Shown here in pieces: positions 16,603 through 26,975 of a DNA stretch of 57,410 nucleotides. The stretch's first letter is position 1; the number at the start of each line of letters is the position of its first letter. Both the position numbers and the translations under genes were made by a program. Location: IMG/VR virus record IMGVR_UViG_3300015199_000003, positions 1 to 57,410 of that record; one strand, given 5' to 3'. Source of the stretch: a virus. Taxonomy: Duplodnaviria > Caudoviricetes. Below the pieces are notes generated by a model. The model was given only the letters and a program-made list of their open reading frames with translations. It did no database searches and was not told the origin of the DNA.

Positions 16603-18783
16603 ATGAGCGACTCCAAAGAGAAACTCCGCGAAGCACGCAAGAAACTCCGCGAGCAAGCGAAGAAACTGCGCGACGCGGAGAAGATGGCCGACGGGCAGCC
16701 GGACGACTCCTACGGCCGGCACAAAGCGGACGCGGCGGCCAGGTCGAAAGCCAAGTCCACGTCCGGGCGCGACATCGGACCGCTGCCTTCTGTCGTCAAT
16801 CCCGAGCGCAAAGAAGCCTGCCGACTCAATTTCCAATTGGCCTGCGAAACCTATTGGGCCGATCGTTTCCCGCTGCCCTGGTCTCCTGATCATCTCGACG
16901 CGATCAGAATCCTTCAGCAGACGATTTTGGCCGGCGGTCTGTACGCTTTCGCGATGTACCGCGGCGGCGGGAAGACTACGCTGTGCGAAAGCGCCGACGA
17001 GTGGGCGCACATCTACGGCCACCGGAGATTTAGCGTAATCATCGGTTCGACAGGCGATGCCGCGACGGACATTCTCGAAACGATCAAACTCGACCTCGAA
17101 ACGAACGAGTTGCTCTACGATGATTTTCCGGAGGTCTGCCACGCCATCCGAGCGCTCGAGGGAATAGCGAACCGCTGCAACGGCCAGACGCTGGAGGGCC
17201 ACAGCACGCAACTGGAATGGGGGCAGGATGAGATTGTTTTTCCCACCGTGTCTGGCGCTCCATCATCCGGGTCGATTATTCGCGTTACTGGAATCACTGG
17301 CCGCATCCGTGGCATCAAGCGAGGGAAGCTCCGTCCGGATCTCGTTCTACTGGACGATCCACAAACCGACGAATCTGCGGCCTCGCCCATGCAAAACAAG
17401 AAGCGCATGCGGATCGTTCAGCGCGCCGCTCTTAAGCTCGCGGGGCCAAAGAAGCGCATAGCATGCATGATGCCTTGCACGATCATCTATCCGGGCGACA
17501 TGGTCGATGAGTTCACGAACCGGGACAAGCATCCGGAGTTCAACGGCGATCGCCGCAAACTGGTGCATGCCTTCCCGACGAACAAGAAGCTCTGGGATCA
17601 GTATCGAGAGATTCGCGCAGATGGTTTGCGAGTTGGCGATGACGGGAGGGCCGGGACTGACTTTTATCTTGAGAATCAGACGGCGATGGACGAAGGCGCC
17701 GCCATCGCCTGGCCAGAGTACACCAAAGGCAAGGTGACCGCTGTCCAATATGTAATGGACGAATTCATAGACGATCCTGAAGGCGCCGCCGCCGAATTAA
17801 ACAATGATCCCAAGCAAACCGCGATCCTTACCAGCCTCCGTCAACTTGCCGAAGAGGATCTGGCCGTGCATCAAAACACGCTCCCTCTTGGCATCGTTCC
17901 GCGCGATTGCAACAAGCTGACGGCTTTCGTCGACCTGGGGCAAGAAGTTCTGTACTGGATGATCTGCGCATGGTCGGACAAGTTCGGCGGCGCTGTCATC
18001 GACTACGGGACGTTCCCCGAGCAATCTGGAATTTTCGAGTCCGCGAACGTCCCGCGCCCCCTGTCGCAACTCTACCCCAATCTCGAAGAAAAGGCCCGGA
18101 TTTACAAGGCGCTCGGCGAAGTCGTCGGCGCTTTGACCGCCAAGTCCTATCCGCAGCAGGACGGCGATGGACGTTTTACAATCTCCGTCGGCATGATCGA
18201 CGCCGGCAAGTGGACCGACACCGTTCACGAATTCATCGGCCGCTCGCCGCTCAAAGCGCTCTGGCGCGCGAGCAAAGGCCGCTCGATTGATCCAAACTCC
18301 AAGCCGCTGAACGAGTACCGCAAAGAACCCGGCGATGAAGTGGGTTGGAATTGGCGCGTCGATATGAAGACAAGCGCTAAGGGTCGATTCGTCAGTTTCG
18401 ATACTCGCCCCTGGAAGTCTCAGGTCTGCAATTCGCTGCTCGCCGCGCCGGGGTCGGCGACGTGCATCTATCTCCCTGGGAGCAAGCTGATCGAGCATCC
18501 GCTTTTGGCAATCCATCTACTGAGTGAGTATCGCGCGGAACTGATTGGTTCGTTGAGTGGCAGAAAGGTCGAAGCCTTCTACGTTCGACCCGATAACAAA
18601 GAAAACCATCTATGGGATTGCCTTGTCGGATGCGCTGTAGGCGCGAATGTCATCCGGATACAATTCTCCTCGGCGACGGCTGCCGGAGAAGCGCCCGAAC
18701 CGGAGAAGGCAAAATCCAAGGTTGATGCGCGGGCCGATTATGAGCAAAGGCGTCGCGCCTTCGAAGCGAAAAGAGGAAAGTGA
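16603..18783 (+). CDS. terL: terminase large subunit (GpA-like)
   Basis: AMYRGGGKTT, LLDDPQT, FVDLG, NHLWDCLVG; upstream of the portal. Confidence 0.88.
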   Translation: MSDSKEKLREARKKLREQAKKLRDAEKMADGQPDDSYGRHKADAAARSKAKSTSGRDIGPLPSVVNPERKEACRLNFQLACETYWADRFPLPWSPDHLDAIRILQQTILAGGLYAFAMYRGGGKTTLCESADEWAHIYGHRRFSVIIGSTGDAATDILETIKLDLETNELLYDDFPEVCHAIRALEGIANRCNGQTLEGHSTQLEWGQDEIVFPTVSGAPSSGSIIRVTGITGRIRGIKRGKLRPDLVLLDDPQTDESAASPMQNKKRMRIVQRAALKLAGPKKRIACMMPCTIIYPGDMVDEFTNRDKHPEFNGDRRKLVHAFPTNKKLWDQYREIRADGLRVGDDGRAGTDFYLENQTAMDEGAAIAWPEYTKGKVTAVQYVMDEFIDDPEGAAAELNNDPKQTAILTSLRQLAEEDLAVHQNTLPLGIVPRDCNKLTAFVDLGQEVLYWMICAWSDKFGGAVIDYGTFPEQSGIFESANVPRPLSQLYPNLEEKARIYKALGEVVGALTAKSYPQQDGDGRFTISVGMIDAGKWTDTVHEFIGRSPLKALWRASKGRSIDPNSKPLNEYRKEPGDEVGWNWRVDMKTSAKGRFVSFDTRPWKSQVCNSLLAAPGSATCIYLPGSKLIEHPLLAIHLLSEYRAELIGSLSGRKVEAFYVRPDNKENHLWDCLVGCAVGANVIRIQFSSATAAGEAPEPEKAKSKVDARADYEQRRRAFEAKRGK

Positions 18784-19076
18784 TGAAGCCACATACTCAC
18801 GAATTCGATTCGTCGCTGACCTGCAACTATTGCGGGAGAACGGCGGAGTCGTTGAATCTATTGAACCCGGCATCGGATATCGAAGTTCTTCCAGGCAAAG
18901 GCGTGATTGTGCATCCTCCAACCCAAACGCGGCCGCTCTATGCCTGCACCCAATGCGGCAGAGGCACTCCAACAACAACCGCGCAAGGCTGGTGTCTCAA
19001 TTGCTTCCAAGGCGCTCGCATCGTGGAGCCAACGGGCAAAGAGATTCCGTTCAGTCCGCCGGCGAATAACGGTTGA
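18783..19076 (+). CDS. Cys-rich zinc-ribbon protein
   Basis: CNYC, CTQC and CLNC pairs. Confidence 0.55.
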   Translation: MKPHTHEFDSSLTCNYCGRTAESLNLLNPASDIEVLPGKGVIVHPPTQTRPLYACTQCGRGTPTTTAQGWCLNCFQGARIVEPTGKEIPFSPPANNG

Positions 19077-19147
19077 GCTGGTGGACGTTTCGCGATAGAA
19101 TGCCCGTGGATTTTCGCAGCCACGTTCGCTGCGGAAGAAACGACCTC

Positions 19148-19378
19148 ATGACGAGGGCGAACGACGTGAAGAAGCGTCTGAAGGGTTTTTTCTGCCCAGA
19201 ATGTTACGGCCAGCGACTGCACGTCATCACGGTCGCCCGCAAACTCCCCATGTTGATCGTCCGGTATCGCACCTGCACGGCGTGCGATTATTCCATTCGC
19301 ACCGAAGAGCGCCAGACCCCCAAGCGCGAGAAAGCTCCCAAGCGCAAAAAGAAGTTCGCGAAACTGGCGGCGCGCTGA
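19148..19378 (+). CDS. Zn-ribbon (Ogr/NrdR-like) protein, candidate late activator
   Basis: CPEC...VRYRTCTACDYSIRTEE; start position uncertain. Confidence 0.6.
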   Translation: MTRANDVKKRLKGFFCPECYGQRLHVITVARKLPMLIVRYRTCTACDYSIRTEERQTPKREKAPKRKKKFAKLAAR

Positions 19379-19383
19379 AAGTC

Positions 19384-19398
19384 TACTACGTCGTAGTA
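19384..19398. promoter_or_regulatory. perfect palindrome upstream of the head operon
   Basis: TACTACG-T-CGTAGTA. Confidence 0.5.
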
Positions 19399-19609
19399 TT
19401 CCACCCACTCCGATTCGCTTTGCCGCTTGCGGTTCTCGTGAGTGGCCATCTATGATCCCAACAGACATTCAGAAGGGGCCGCACTCTCGCGCGGTTCTGA
19501 TCGGGACATAACCGGGAATAAGCTCCCCGGTAGAGTCTCAGCAGCTCGACGACCCGCTGAGGGGCCGCGCGAAAGCGTCGGTCCCTTCGTGTTTTCCGGG
19601 TCAGACCAA

Positions 19610-19855
19610 ATGGCAACCCCCGCCGATATCGAAGCCGCAATCGCGACCGCTGCCGTAGAGGGCATCGCGGAAGCTATTTCGGATGGCCAGTCCGCCAAAG
19701 CGATTTCGGCTGATGATCAGATCAAGCTCGCCGATCGCGCCGCGGCGGTGACCAACATCGGGGCCGGCTCGGCATGGGGCGGCGCGATTCGACCCGCTCG
19801 CGCTTTGCCGAATTGGACCGAGATTGACACGCCAAGCGATCCGTTCGGGCGCTGA
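19610..19855 (+). CDS. head-tail joining protein (gpW-like)
   Basis: Small gene directly before the portal; SDGQSAKAISADDQIKL. Confidence 0.6.
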   Translation: MATPADIEAAIATAAVEGIAEAISDGQSAKAISADDQIKLADRAAAVTNIGAGSAWGGAIRPARALPNWTEIDTPSDPFGR

Positions 19856-19861
19856 GGAATT

Positions 19862-21550
19862 ATGGCAGGCATCTTCCGACGCATGGTGGACGCACTTCGC
19901 GGACGCAATCCCGAAGCCGATCGCGTGCGCGAACAGAAGCGCAATCTGCATACCGAAATTCGGGGCATGCATGCCAAGGTGGATGCGGCCAGCTCGGACG
20001 AATTCAGCAAGCGATTATGGCGCGATGCCGACTCGCTTGGACCAAACGCGGCCTTCAACCAAGGCGTCCGCCAGAAGGCTCGCGATCGGGCCCGGCTCGA
20101 ATTCGTCAACAACAACTACGCGCGCGGGATGGTTCGCACCAGCGCTTACGATCTGATCGGCACCTGCCCGCGCCTGCAACTGAGCATTCCCGGTGACAAA
20201 TCGGGCGCGATGGCCAAGAAGATCGAGCGGAGTTTCGCGCGCTGGGGAAAAGCCGTCGGTCTCGGGCTCAAGTACCGGCTGATGGAAAAAGCCAACGGCC
20301 ATAGCGGCGGCGCAATCGCGCTTTTGCAAACCAATCCGGAAATCAATCACAAGGTGAAGCTCGATCTTCGATTGATCGAGATCGAGAGAAATCAAACGCC
20401 CTGGGACAAGCTGACCGATCCGACGATCTGGGACGGCATCAAGGTCGACGAGCACGGGAACCATGTCGAGTATTATTTCCTGCGCTATCACCCGGGCGAA
20501 TGGCGCGGGCTCGTTGCCATGACGATCGCCGGCGTGTTCGACACCGTGGCCGCCCGCAATGTGATTCATTGGTACGAACAAGATCGCTGCGATCAGTGGC
20601 ACGGCATTCCAAAAATTTCGGCATCGCTGCCGCTCTTCTCGCAACTCCGCCGCTACACGCTGGCCACACTGACCGCTGCCGAATTCGCGGCAATGCTCGC
20701 CGGCATCATGAAGACGAATCTGCCGCCGGCCAGCGGCGTCGCGCAGGAAGTGGACAACTGGAGCTTCTTCGAGCTGGTTCGCGGCGCTTTGATGAGCTTG
20801 CCTGAAGGATGGGAGGCCACCCAATTCGACGCCAAGCAGCCGACGACGACCTATCCGCAGTTCAAATCCGAGCTGTTGGCGGAGTGCGGGCGCGGCTCAG
20901 GAACTCCGCTCAATGTTGTGTCGGGCAGCTCGAAAGACATGAACTACAGTTCGGGCCGTCTCGACCATGTCCCATACCACCGCGAGAAGCGCATCGACCG
21001 GTTCGACTTCGAATCCATCGTCGCGGATCGAGTCCTGAGCGCGTGGGAGCAAGAGGCCCGCTTCGTCGATGAAGTTCCGCTCGACGCGCCCGCCATTGAG
21101 GAATGGAGTTGGAGTTGGAACTATGACGGCTTCGAGGGGATCGACCAGCAGAAAGACGCCAATGCCGACGACATCCGTCTAAAGAACGGCACCAGCACAC
21201 TGAAAGAAATCCTTGCCGAGTATGGGCAGGATGTTTACGAGCACATGGACCAGCTCGCCAAGGAGCGCGACTACGCGATCTCCAAAGGCTTGCCCTGGCC
21301 GATGCTGTTCAGCGCTCCCATTCCTTCCGGTCAACCTGACCAGGCTCCTGACGAGGCTCCCGATCAGAACGCCGATCCCAAAGCGCAAAGCAGGCTCCTC
21401 GACGCGCTCACTGAAAACGGCATCTCTGAAACCGTCGCCGAAATGGTTGTCGCCGAATTCTTCGCGATGCCAGCTCCCCGGCCGAGCACTCCGAAGCCAA
21501 GCCGCAATGGGTTTCACCGCAACGGTCATTACGCAGGAGGTCGATCATGA
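19862..21550 (+). CDS. lambda-family portal protein
   Basis: RDRARLEFVNNNYARG, VIHWYEQDRCDQWHGIP, NYSSGRLD. Confidence 0.93.
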   Translation: MAGIFRRMVDALRGRNPEADRVREQKRNLHTEIRGMHAKVDAASSDEFSKRLWRDADSLGPNAAFNQGVRQKARDRARLEFVNNNYARGMVRTSAYDLIGTCPRLQLSIPGDKSGAMAKKIERSFARWGKAVGLGLKYRLMEKANGHSGGAIALLQTNPEINHKVKLDLRLIEIERNQTPWDKLTDPTIWDGIKVDEHGNHVEYYFLRYHPGEWRGLVAMTIAGVFDTVAARNVIHWYEQDRCDQWHGIPKISASLPLFSQLRRYTLATLTAAEFAAMLAGIMKTNLPPASGVAQEVDNWSFFELVRGALMSLPEGWEATQFDAKQPTTTYPQFKSELLAECGRGSGTPLNVVSGSSKDMNYSSGRLDHVPYHREKRIDRFDFESIVADRVLSAWEQEARFVDEVPLDAPAIEEWSWSWNYDGFEGIDQQKDANADDIRLKNGTSTLKEILAEYGQDVYEHMDQLAKERDYAISKGLPWPMLFSAPIPSGQPDQAPDEAPDQNADPKAQSRLLDALTENGISETVAEMVVAEFFAMPAPRPSTPKPSRNGFHRNGHYAGGRS

Positions 21551-22491
21551 ACCTCCTGCAAGTTCCCCTGTTCGCGCGCCTTGACGACTATGTCGGACCG
21601 TGGTTGTGCGAACCAATCACGTTTTCGGGGATCTGGAATGCCGCCCGGCAGATGGACTTTCTCGCGCATATGGCCGAGCCGCTCGAGCAGCGCGCGGCGA
21701 TCGACAAGCAATCAACGGCGAGCGGAAAGAGCATTGGCGTTATCCGTTTGACCGGCCTGCTGATGAAAGCCCAATCCTCGATGGGCGGAACCTCGACGAT
21801 TCAGATTCGTCGCGACATCCGCAACGCGGCAGCCGATTCGGACATTTCCGCGATCCTTCTCGCGATTGATTCGCCTGGGGGAACTGTTGCCGGCACGTCC
21901 GACCTGGCCGACGAAGTGAAAGCGGCCCGGAAGAGCAAACCGGTCTGGGCGCACATCGACGACCTCGGAGCATCCGCAGCGTACTGGATCGCATCCCAAT
22001 GCGAACGCATCACCGCGAATTCGCCCACGGCTTTGGTCGGCTCCATCGGCACCGTCCAAGTGATGCAAGATCAATCCGAAGCGGCCGCGAAAGAAGGCGT
22101 CAAGACGCTCGTTTTTGCCACCGGGCCAATGAAGGGCATGGGTACGCCGGGCAGCAAGGTAACCGACGAACATATCGCCCACGTCCAAGCGCTGGTCGAT
22201 TCAGTCCAAAAGTCATTCGACGCGGCCGTGCAGAAGGGCCGATCGCTGACCGACAAGCAGCTTGCCGCGGTTCGTCATGGCGGCGTCTTCACGGCGGAAG
22301 ACGCCCTCAAAAACAAGCTTATCGATGCCATTCAACCGCTTTCCAAGACGATCAGCGAATTAACACGTTCACTCGCCGGCGATGGCCGGGGACAGGTGCG
22401 GGCGGATGCCGGATCGGCCGGCGTCGCGAGTCAGTTCCCAATGGTTCAGCGCAGGCGCTTGCCCGTGCTGGCGCAGGAGATCCAACGATGA
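21547..22491 (+). CDS. S49-family head maturation protease
   Basis: IDSPGG, ASAAYWIAS, VGSIG. Confidence 0.92.
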   Translation: MNLLQVPLFARLDDYVGPWLCEPITFSGIWNAARQMDFLAHMAEPLEQRAAIDKQSTASGKSIGVIRLTGLLMKAQSSMGGTSTIQIRRDIRNAAADSDISAILLAIDSPGGTVAGTSDLADEVKAARKSKPVWAHIDDLGASAAYWIASQCERITANSPTALVGSIGTVQVMQDQSEAAAKEGVKTLVFATGPMKGMGTPGSKVTDEHIAHVQALVDSVQKSFDAAVQKGRSLTDKQLAAVRHGGVFTAEDALKNKLIDAIQPLSKTISELTRSLAGDGRGQVRADAGSAGVASQFPMVQRRRLPVLAQEIQR

Positions 22492-24056
22492 ATTTTAGCC
22501 AATGGCTCGCGGCCAACTCTTACGACGAAGCCGGCCTTAGCGATTCGCAGCGCAAGCACCTCGAAGCCGCTTGGAAGGCCGAGACCGCTCCTCCGGCTCC
22601 GGCGCCCGATCCCGATCCGGCCCCCGCTCCCGCGCCAAGCGCTGTGGAGGCCGATGAAGCCGAATACCGGCACCGTATGGCCACTCAGCGCCGTCGCGTC
22701 GATCAGATCGGCAAGATCTGCAAAGATTACGACAACCCGCAGATCGAGGTCTCTCAGAACGGCGAGAAATTCAAGGTCAGCCTTGAAGAACACGCCATCG
22801 AAAGCAACTGGGATTCCCAGCGCACCGAACTGGAAGCGCTCCGGTTGAGCCGGGCGAAGGTCCACGTCAGCGCACGCAATCCGCAACGGCAGTCGATGAC
22901 GGCCGAGCTCGTTGAGGCGGCAATGTGCCAGACGGTCGGACTGCCCGACATCGACAAGCACTTCAAGGCCGAGACGCTCGATTTGGCCCGCAAGACATTC
23001 CGCGGCGGCGTCGGCCTTCAGCAACTGCTGCTGATGGCCGCCGGCGAGAACGGGTACAGCGCACACCCCGGCCAGCGCATCAACACCAGCAACGTCCGCG
23101 AGGTGATGCGGTATGCGTTCGGTCAGAACGGCAACGGCGGTCAGATGATGGCCGGCTTCTCGACCGTCGGCCTGTCCGGCATTCTGGGCAACATCGCCAA
23201 CAAGGAATTGCTGATCGGCTACATGCAGGATAGTCAGGAATGGCGCGAGATCGCCCAAATCAAGACGGTCGCCAACTTCCAGCAGCACACCAGCTACCGC
23301 ATGCTCGATTCCTCCGAGTATGAGGAGCTCGGGCCGGGCGGCGAGATCAAGCACGGCACGCTCGATCAAGAATCCTACACCCGACAGGCGAAGACCTACG
23401 CAAAAATGTTCGCCCTGACACGAGAGGCCATCATTAACGATGACCTCGGGGCCTTCGATGATCTTCGCGCCCGGATCGGACGCGGCGCCGCGCAGAAGTT
23501 CTCCAATCTGTTCTGGACGAACATGATGGCGAACCACGCGACGTTCTTCACCGCGGCGCGCGGCAACTACATCACCGGGGCGACGACAACCCTTCTGACC
23601 GACGGCATCGGCATGGAGACGGCCGTCAAGGCCTTCCGCCAGATGAAATCGGGCGCGGCGGACGGCTCGAAGCGCATCGGCGGCATTCCGGCGATTGTGC
23701 TGGTGCCTCCCGAACTCGAATGGGCCGCCGATCAACTGTTCATGGGCGAGAAGCTCAACATCGGCTCAGCCGCCGGCGAAACCAACGTCTACCGCGGCAA
23801 ATACCGTCCCGTCGTCGTTCCGTGGCTGTCTGACCCCGCCTTCACTGGCAATTCGACGACCGCCTGGTACTTGCTTCGCGAGCCGGGCCTCTCGCCGATG
23901 ATGGTCGTCTCGTTCCTCAACGGCATGGAAGCGCCGACGGTGGAGAGCGCGGAAGCCGACTTCGACACGCTCGGCATTCAGTTCCGCGGCTATCACGATT
24001 TCGGTTGCGATCAGGCCGAGTATCTCTGCGGCGTGAAGAGCAAGGGCGCGGCATAA
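22488..24056 (+). CDS. major capsid protein with an N-terminal scaffold region (Mu gpT-like domain)
   Basis: GGEIKHG, KTYAKMFALTREAIINDDLGAF, RGYHDFG. Confidence 0.9.
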   Translation: MNFSQWLAANSYDEAGLSDSQRKHLEAAWKAETAPPAPAPDPDPAPAPAPSAVEADEAEYRHRMATQRRRVDQIGKICKDYDNPQIEVSQNGEKFKVSLEEHAIESNWDSQRTELEALRLSRAKVHVSARNPQRQSMTAELVEAAMCQTVGLPDIDKHFKAETLDLARKTFRGGVGLQQLLLMAAGENGYSAHPGQRINTSNVREVMRYAFGQNGNGGQMMAGFSTVGLSGILGNIANKELLIGYMQDSQEWREIAQIKTVANFQQHTSYRMLDSSEYEELGPGGEIKHGTLDQESYTRQAKTYAKMFALTREAIINDDLGAFDDLRARIGRGAAQKFSNLFWTNMMANHATFFTAARGNYITGATTTLLTDGIGMETAVKAFRQMKSGAADGSKRIGGIPAIVLVPPELEWAADQLFMGEKLNIGSAAGETNVYRGKYRPVVVPWLSDPAFTGNSTTAWYLLREPGLSPMMVVSFLNGMEAPTVESAEADFDTLGIQFRGYHDFGCDQAEYLCGVKSKGAA

Positions 24057-24144
24057 GGCTGCACAGTTTCGACACAGTTTCGCTACTGTTCTCCGAGCGC
24101 TCAGACGGAACGACGATCAATCGCCCAACTAAGAGGATGGCTCG

Positions 24145-24411
24145 ATGCTCGACAAAGGAAAGGCCGCCACCGGAACGCCACTTCGCCGACTCCAATCGGA
24201 GTTGGAGAGCAACCCCGGGGCGAAGGATATTGCCGTCATGATCGGCGACGTGGCGGATGTTTATCGCTGGCTCGGCTACGCGGATAGCGAGATCGCCAAG
24301 GAATTCTCAGGCAAGCGCCCAGGCCAGATTGTCCGCGTCCCGATTGACGAGCTGGGCGAGCTTGTCGAATTGGCGCTTGCCGGAGCGGCGCCCATCGAAC
24401 CGACACTGTAA
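24145..24411 (+). CDS. hypothetical head-region protein
   Basis: ORF between the capsid and decoration genes. Confidence 0.5.
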   Translation: MLDKGKAATGTPLRRLQSELESNPGAKDIAVMIGDVADVYRWLGYADSEIAKEFSGKRPGQIVRVPIDELGELVELALAGAAPIEPTL

Positions 24412-24494
24412 AACCAAGCCGCTCAAGAGGCGGACTCAGTTGTAATTTCGCGAACCAAACTGCGGCATAGCCGCCTCGACTCAGGAGTCTCGCA

Positions 24495-25940
24495 ATGTCG
24501 CAATCCCAAGTTCCCAGCACGTTCCGGCAAGACGGCGACATCGTCGATTACACGCCGGCCGCCGCGGTCTACGCTGGCGACATCATCCTGCTCGGCTCTA
24601 TGGTCGCCGTGGCCAAGCGGGACATTGCCGCGAACGTGAAGGGCTCTCTCGCGCTCGATGATACCGTGACCCGCTCTCCGAAGGACGCTTCGGTGTTCTC
24701 GGCCGGCGATCCGGTCTACTGGAATCCAACTGGCAACCCGACGGGCGGGACGGCCGGTACCGGTTGCATGACCTCGACCGAGGCCGGCAACTACTTCGCG
24801 GGCACGGCGATGGCCGCGCAATTGACCGGCGATGCAACGGTCGATGTGAAGCTACTCGGTTTCGCGCAACGGAATGCCGAGGCTGGCCGCGATCCCATCA
24901 ACACGGCGATAACGACTGTGGGCGCTGGCGTTTTGACGGCCGCAGGGCTTGTTGGGGGCGTCATTACCCGAAGCGGACCGGTCGCCGCCTACAGCGACAC
25001 AACGGCTACGGCGGCACTGATCGCCGCCGCCATGCCCGGCGCGCCGATTGGCCAGGCATGGTATCTCGTCATCAAAAACACCGTGGCCTTCCCGCAGACG
25101 ATCGTGGGCGGAGTGGGCGTAACCGTTTCGGGCAATAGCATCATTCCGCACAACAGCGCGGGCGTGTTCCTGGTGACCTTGACCGGCGCGGCGACCGTCA
25201 CGATGGTCGGGCTTTACTGTGTTACGCTGGCTCAATTCGTGCCCGAGGTCAGCACGGCCCTGAATACAGTCGGCGCCGGCGTCATCAGCGGAGCCGGCAT
25301 TGCCGGTCAGTTCACTCCGCGCGGCGGCGCTCAGGCGGGCGCGGGCTTTACGGACACGACTGACACGGGCGCGAACATCGCCGCGGCGCAGCCGAATCTG
25401 AACATCGGCCAGGCGTGGGAATGGACCTACCAGAACAACACCAACGCGCCGGCCACATTGACCGGAGGCGTGGGCGTGACGGTTTCGGCGATTACGATCG
25501 TTCCGCAAAACTGTTATGCCCGGTTCCTGGTGACCTACACGGCCCTCAACACTTTCACGATTGTCGGCATGGAAGCCGGCCCGAACACCGTCCTGCCATC
25601 AACGCAGTTCACGTCGGTCGCCGCTGGCAACGGCACGCTTGCCGCCGGCAACATCGAAGGCGCCGACAAGGTAATTCTTGCCAGCTCCGGGGCGACGGCC
25701 TTCACGACCCGAACCGCCGCCCAGATGATCGCGCAGATCCCGAATGCTCAGGTGGGCATGTCCTACTTCCTGCGCGTCTACAACACGAACGCGGGAACCC
25801 TGACTCTCACGGGCGGGGTGGGTGTCACGATCACGGGCACGGCCACGATCGCCACGGCCAAGTATCGCGATTACTCCGTCACGATCACCGGGGCCGCGAC
25901 GATCACGCTGCAAAACTTGGGCAGCGGAACGGCTGACTGA
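24495..25940 (+). CDS. capsid cement/decoration protein (DUF2190-like) with three tandem beta-repeat domains
   Basis: FRQDGDIVDYTP...AGDPVYW; three repeats of roughly TAAxxxAAxPxxxIGxAW/SY...GGVGVT. Confidence 0.8.
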   Translation: MSQSQVPSTFRQDGDIVDYTPAAAVYAGDIILLGSMVAVAKRDIAANVKGSLALDDTVTRSPKDASVFSAGDPVYWNPTGNPTGGTAGTGCMTSTEAGNYFAGTAMAAQLTGDATVDVKLLGFAQRNAEAGRDPINTAITTVGAGVLTAAGLVGGVITRSGPVAAYSDTTATAALIAAAMPGAPIGQAWYLVIKNTVAFPQTIVGGVGVTVSGNSIIPHNSAGVFLVTLTGAATVTMVGLYCVTLAQFVPEVSTALNTVGAGVISGAGIAGQFTPRGGAQAGAGFTDTTDTGANIAAAQPNLNIGQAWEWTYQNNTNAPATLTGGVGVTVSAITIVPQNCYARFLVTYTALNTFTIVGMEAGPNTVLPSTQFTSVAAGNGTLAAGNIEGADKVILASSGATAFTTRTAAQMIAQIPNAQVGMSYFLRVYNTNAGTLTLTGGVGVTITGTATIATAKYRDYSVTITGAATITLQNLGSGTAD

Positions 25941-26004
25941 GGCGCGATTGATCGCCGGAGAGCGAAGCGCGTAACTTCGCTCTCCATTCATTCATTGGGC
26001 CGCG

Positions 26005-26961
26005 ATGAACGACACGTCACTGATCCGCGATTGGGATGAGATCGTCAAGACGGCCGCGCAGGCGATCGGCGTCGGCGACCTTCACCAATTGGCGGATGGC
26101 TGGCCGGCTAGTTACACGGGCGAGATCGCGGCAACGACGGGAACGCGAACTGTCTGGAGGGAATCGGGTCAATACACGCTGCCGAAGACGGTCGGGATCG
26201 TGCTGCTCAATGGCGGGCCGGCCTACTGGGACCGCTCGGCGCGATTGGTCCATTACAAGAAGGTCAACGATCAGGATTACCTTCTCGGCTCGATCGTCGG
26301 CGACGCGGCATCGGCAGCGACAACCTGCGCCGTCAACATCGGCCGGATGCCGCGATATGAAGTCGATTTGCTCCGCGATTCGTTCCGAAGCGCATTGATT
26401 GGAACGCTGGCCCTTGGAGGGTGTGGGCTCTGGCAGCGCGGCGGGGCACTCAAGCTCCAACTGGATGCAACCAACCAAGCGCAAAAGATCGACGCGCTTT
26501 CCAAGGACGGCTTTTCGAACATCGCTCATGCGATCGTGGAATTCGCGGTTGAAGTCGTCAATGGCAGCGCTGGCGCCAGTCCGAAGTTGAGTATCGGGCT
26601 GGCGAGTGGAACGCATGCAACGAACGCCAGCGCCATCGCGCAGCGGCTGTTCATGCACATTGACGGCAACGCGGCGAAGATCAACTTCGAAAGTGCGGAC
26701 GGCACGACGACGGTGGCGATCACGGACAGCTTGCAAACGTATACGACGGGGACCCGATTTGAAATCTGGATCGACTGCCGCGATCCAACGAGCGTGAAAT
26801 TCTACGTGAACGGGGTCCAAGTGCTCAGCGGGACGACGTTCAACATCAACGCGGCGGCCTCGACCTGGTTGCTGCTTGCTCACCTGGTGAAGGCGGCAGC
26901 GACGGATACGTGCGAAATCGATATTGACTGGGCGCGCGTGCGCATCGCCGAACAGTTGTAA
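26005..26961 (+). CDS. second decoration-like protein with a lectin/jelly-roll-like C-terminus
   Basis: GGPAYWD motif shared with the preceding gene; VKFYVNG...IDIDWARV. Confidence 0.6.
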   Translation: MNDTSLIRDWDEIVKTAAQAIGVGDLHQLADGWPASYTGEIAATTGTRTVWRESGQYTLPKTVGIVLLNGGPAYWDRSARLVHYKKVNDQDYLLGSIVGDAASAATTCAVNIGRMPRYEVDLLRDSFRSALIGTLALGGCGLWQRGGALKLQLDATNQAQKIDALSKDGFSNIAHAIVEFAVEVVNGSAGASPKLSIGLASGTHATNASAIAQRLFMHIDGNAAKINFESADGTTTVAITDSLQTYTTGTRFEIWIDCRDPTSVKFYVNGVQVLSGTTFNINAAASTWLLLAHLVKAAATDTCEIDIDWARVRIAEQL

Positions 26962-26975
26962 AAGCGAGGAACGTC

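Noticed and set aside
19495-19580. Hammerhead ribozyme (CTGA...GAAA)
   Set aside because: The core CTGATGA and the GAAAC/stem III geometry are not satisfied.
22446-23735. 429-aa minus-strand ORF and similar long antisense ORFs
   Set aside because: Shadow of the capsid gene, expected in high-GC DNA.
24062-24082. CACAGTTTCG direct repeat after the capsid gene
   Set aside because: Only two short copies, not noticed elsewhere; no function can be supported.
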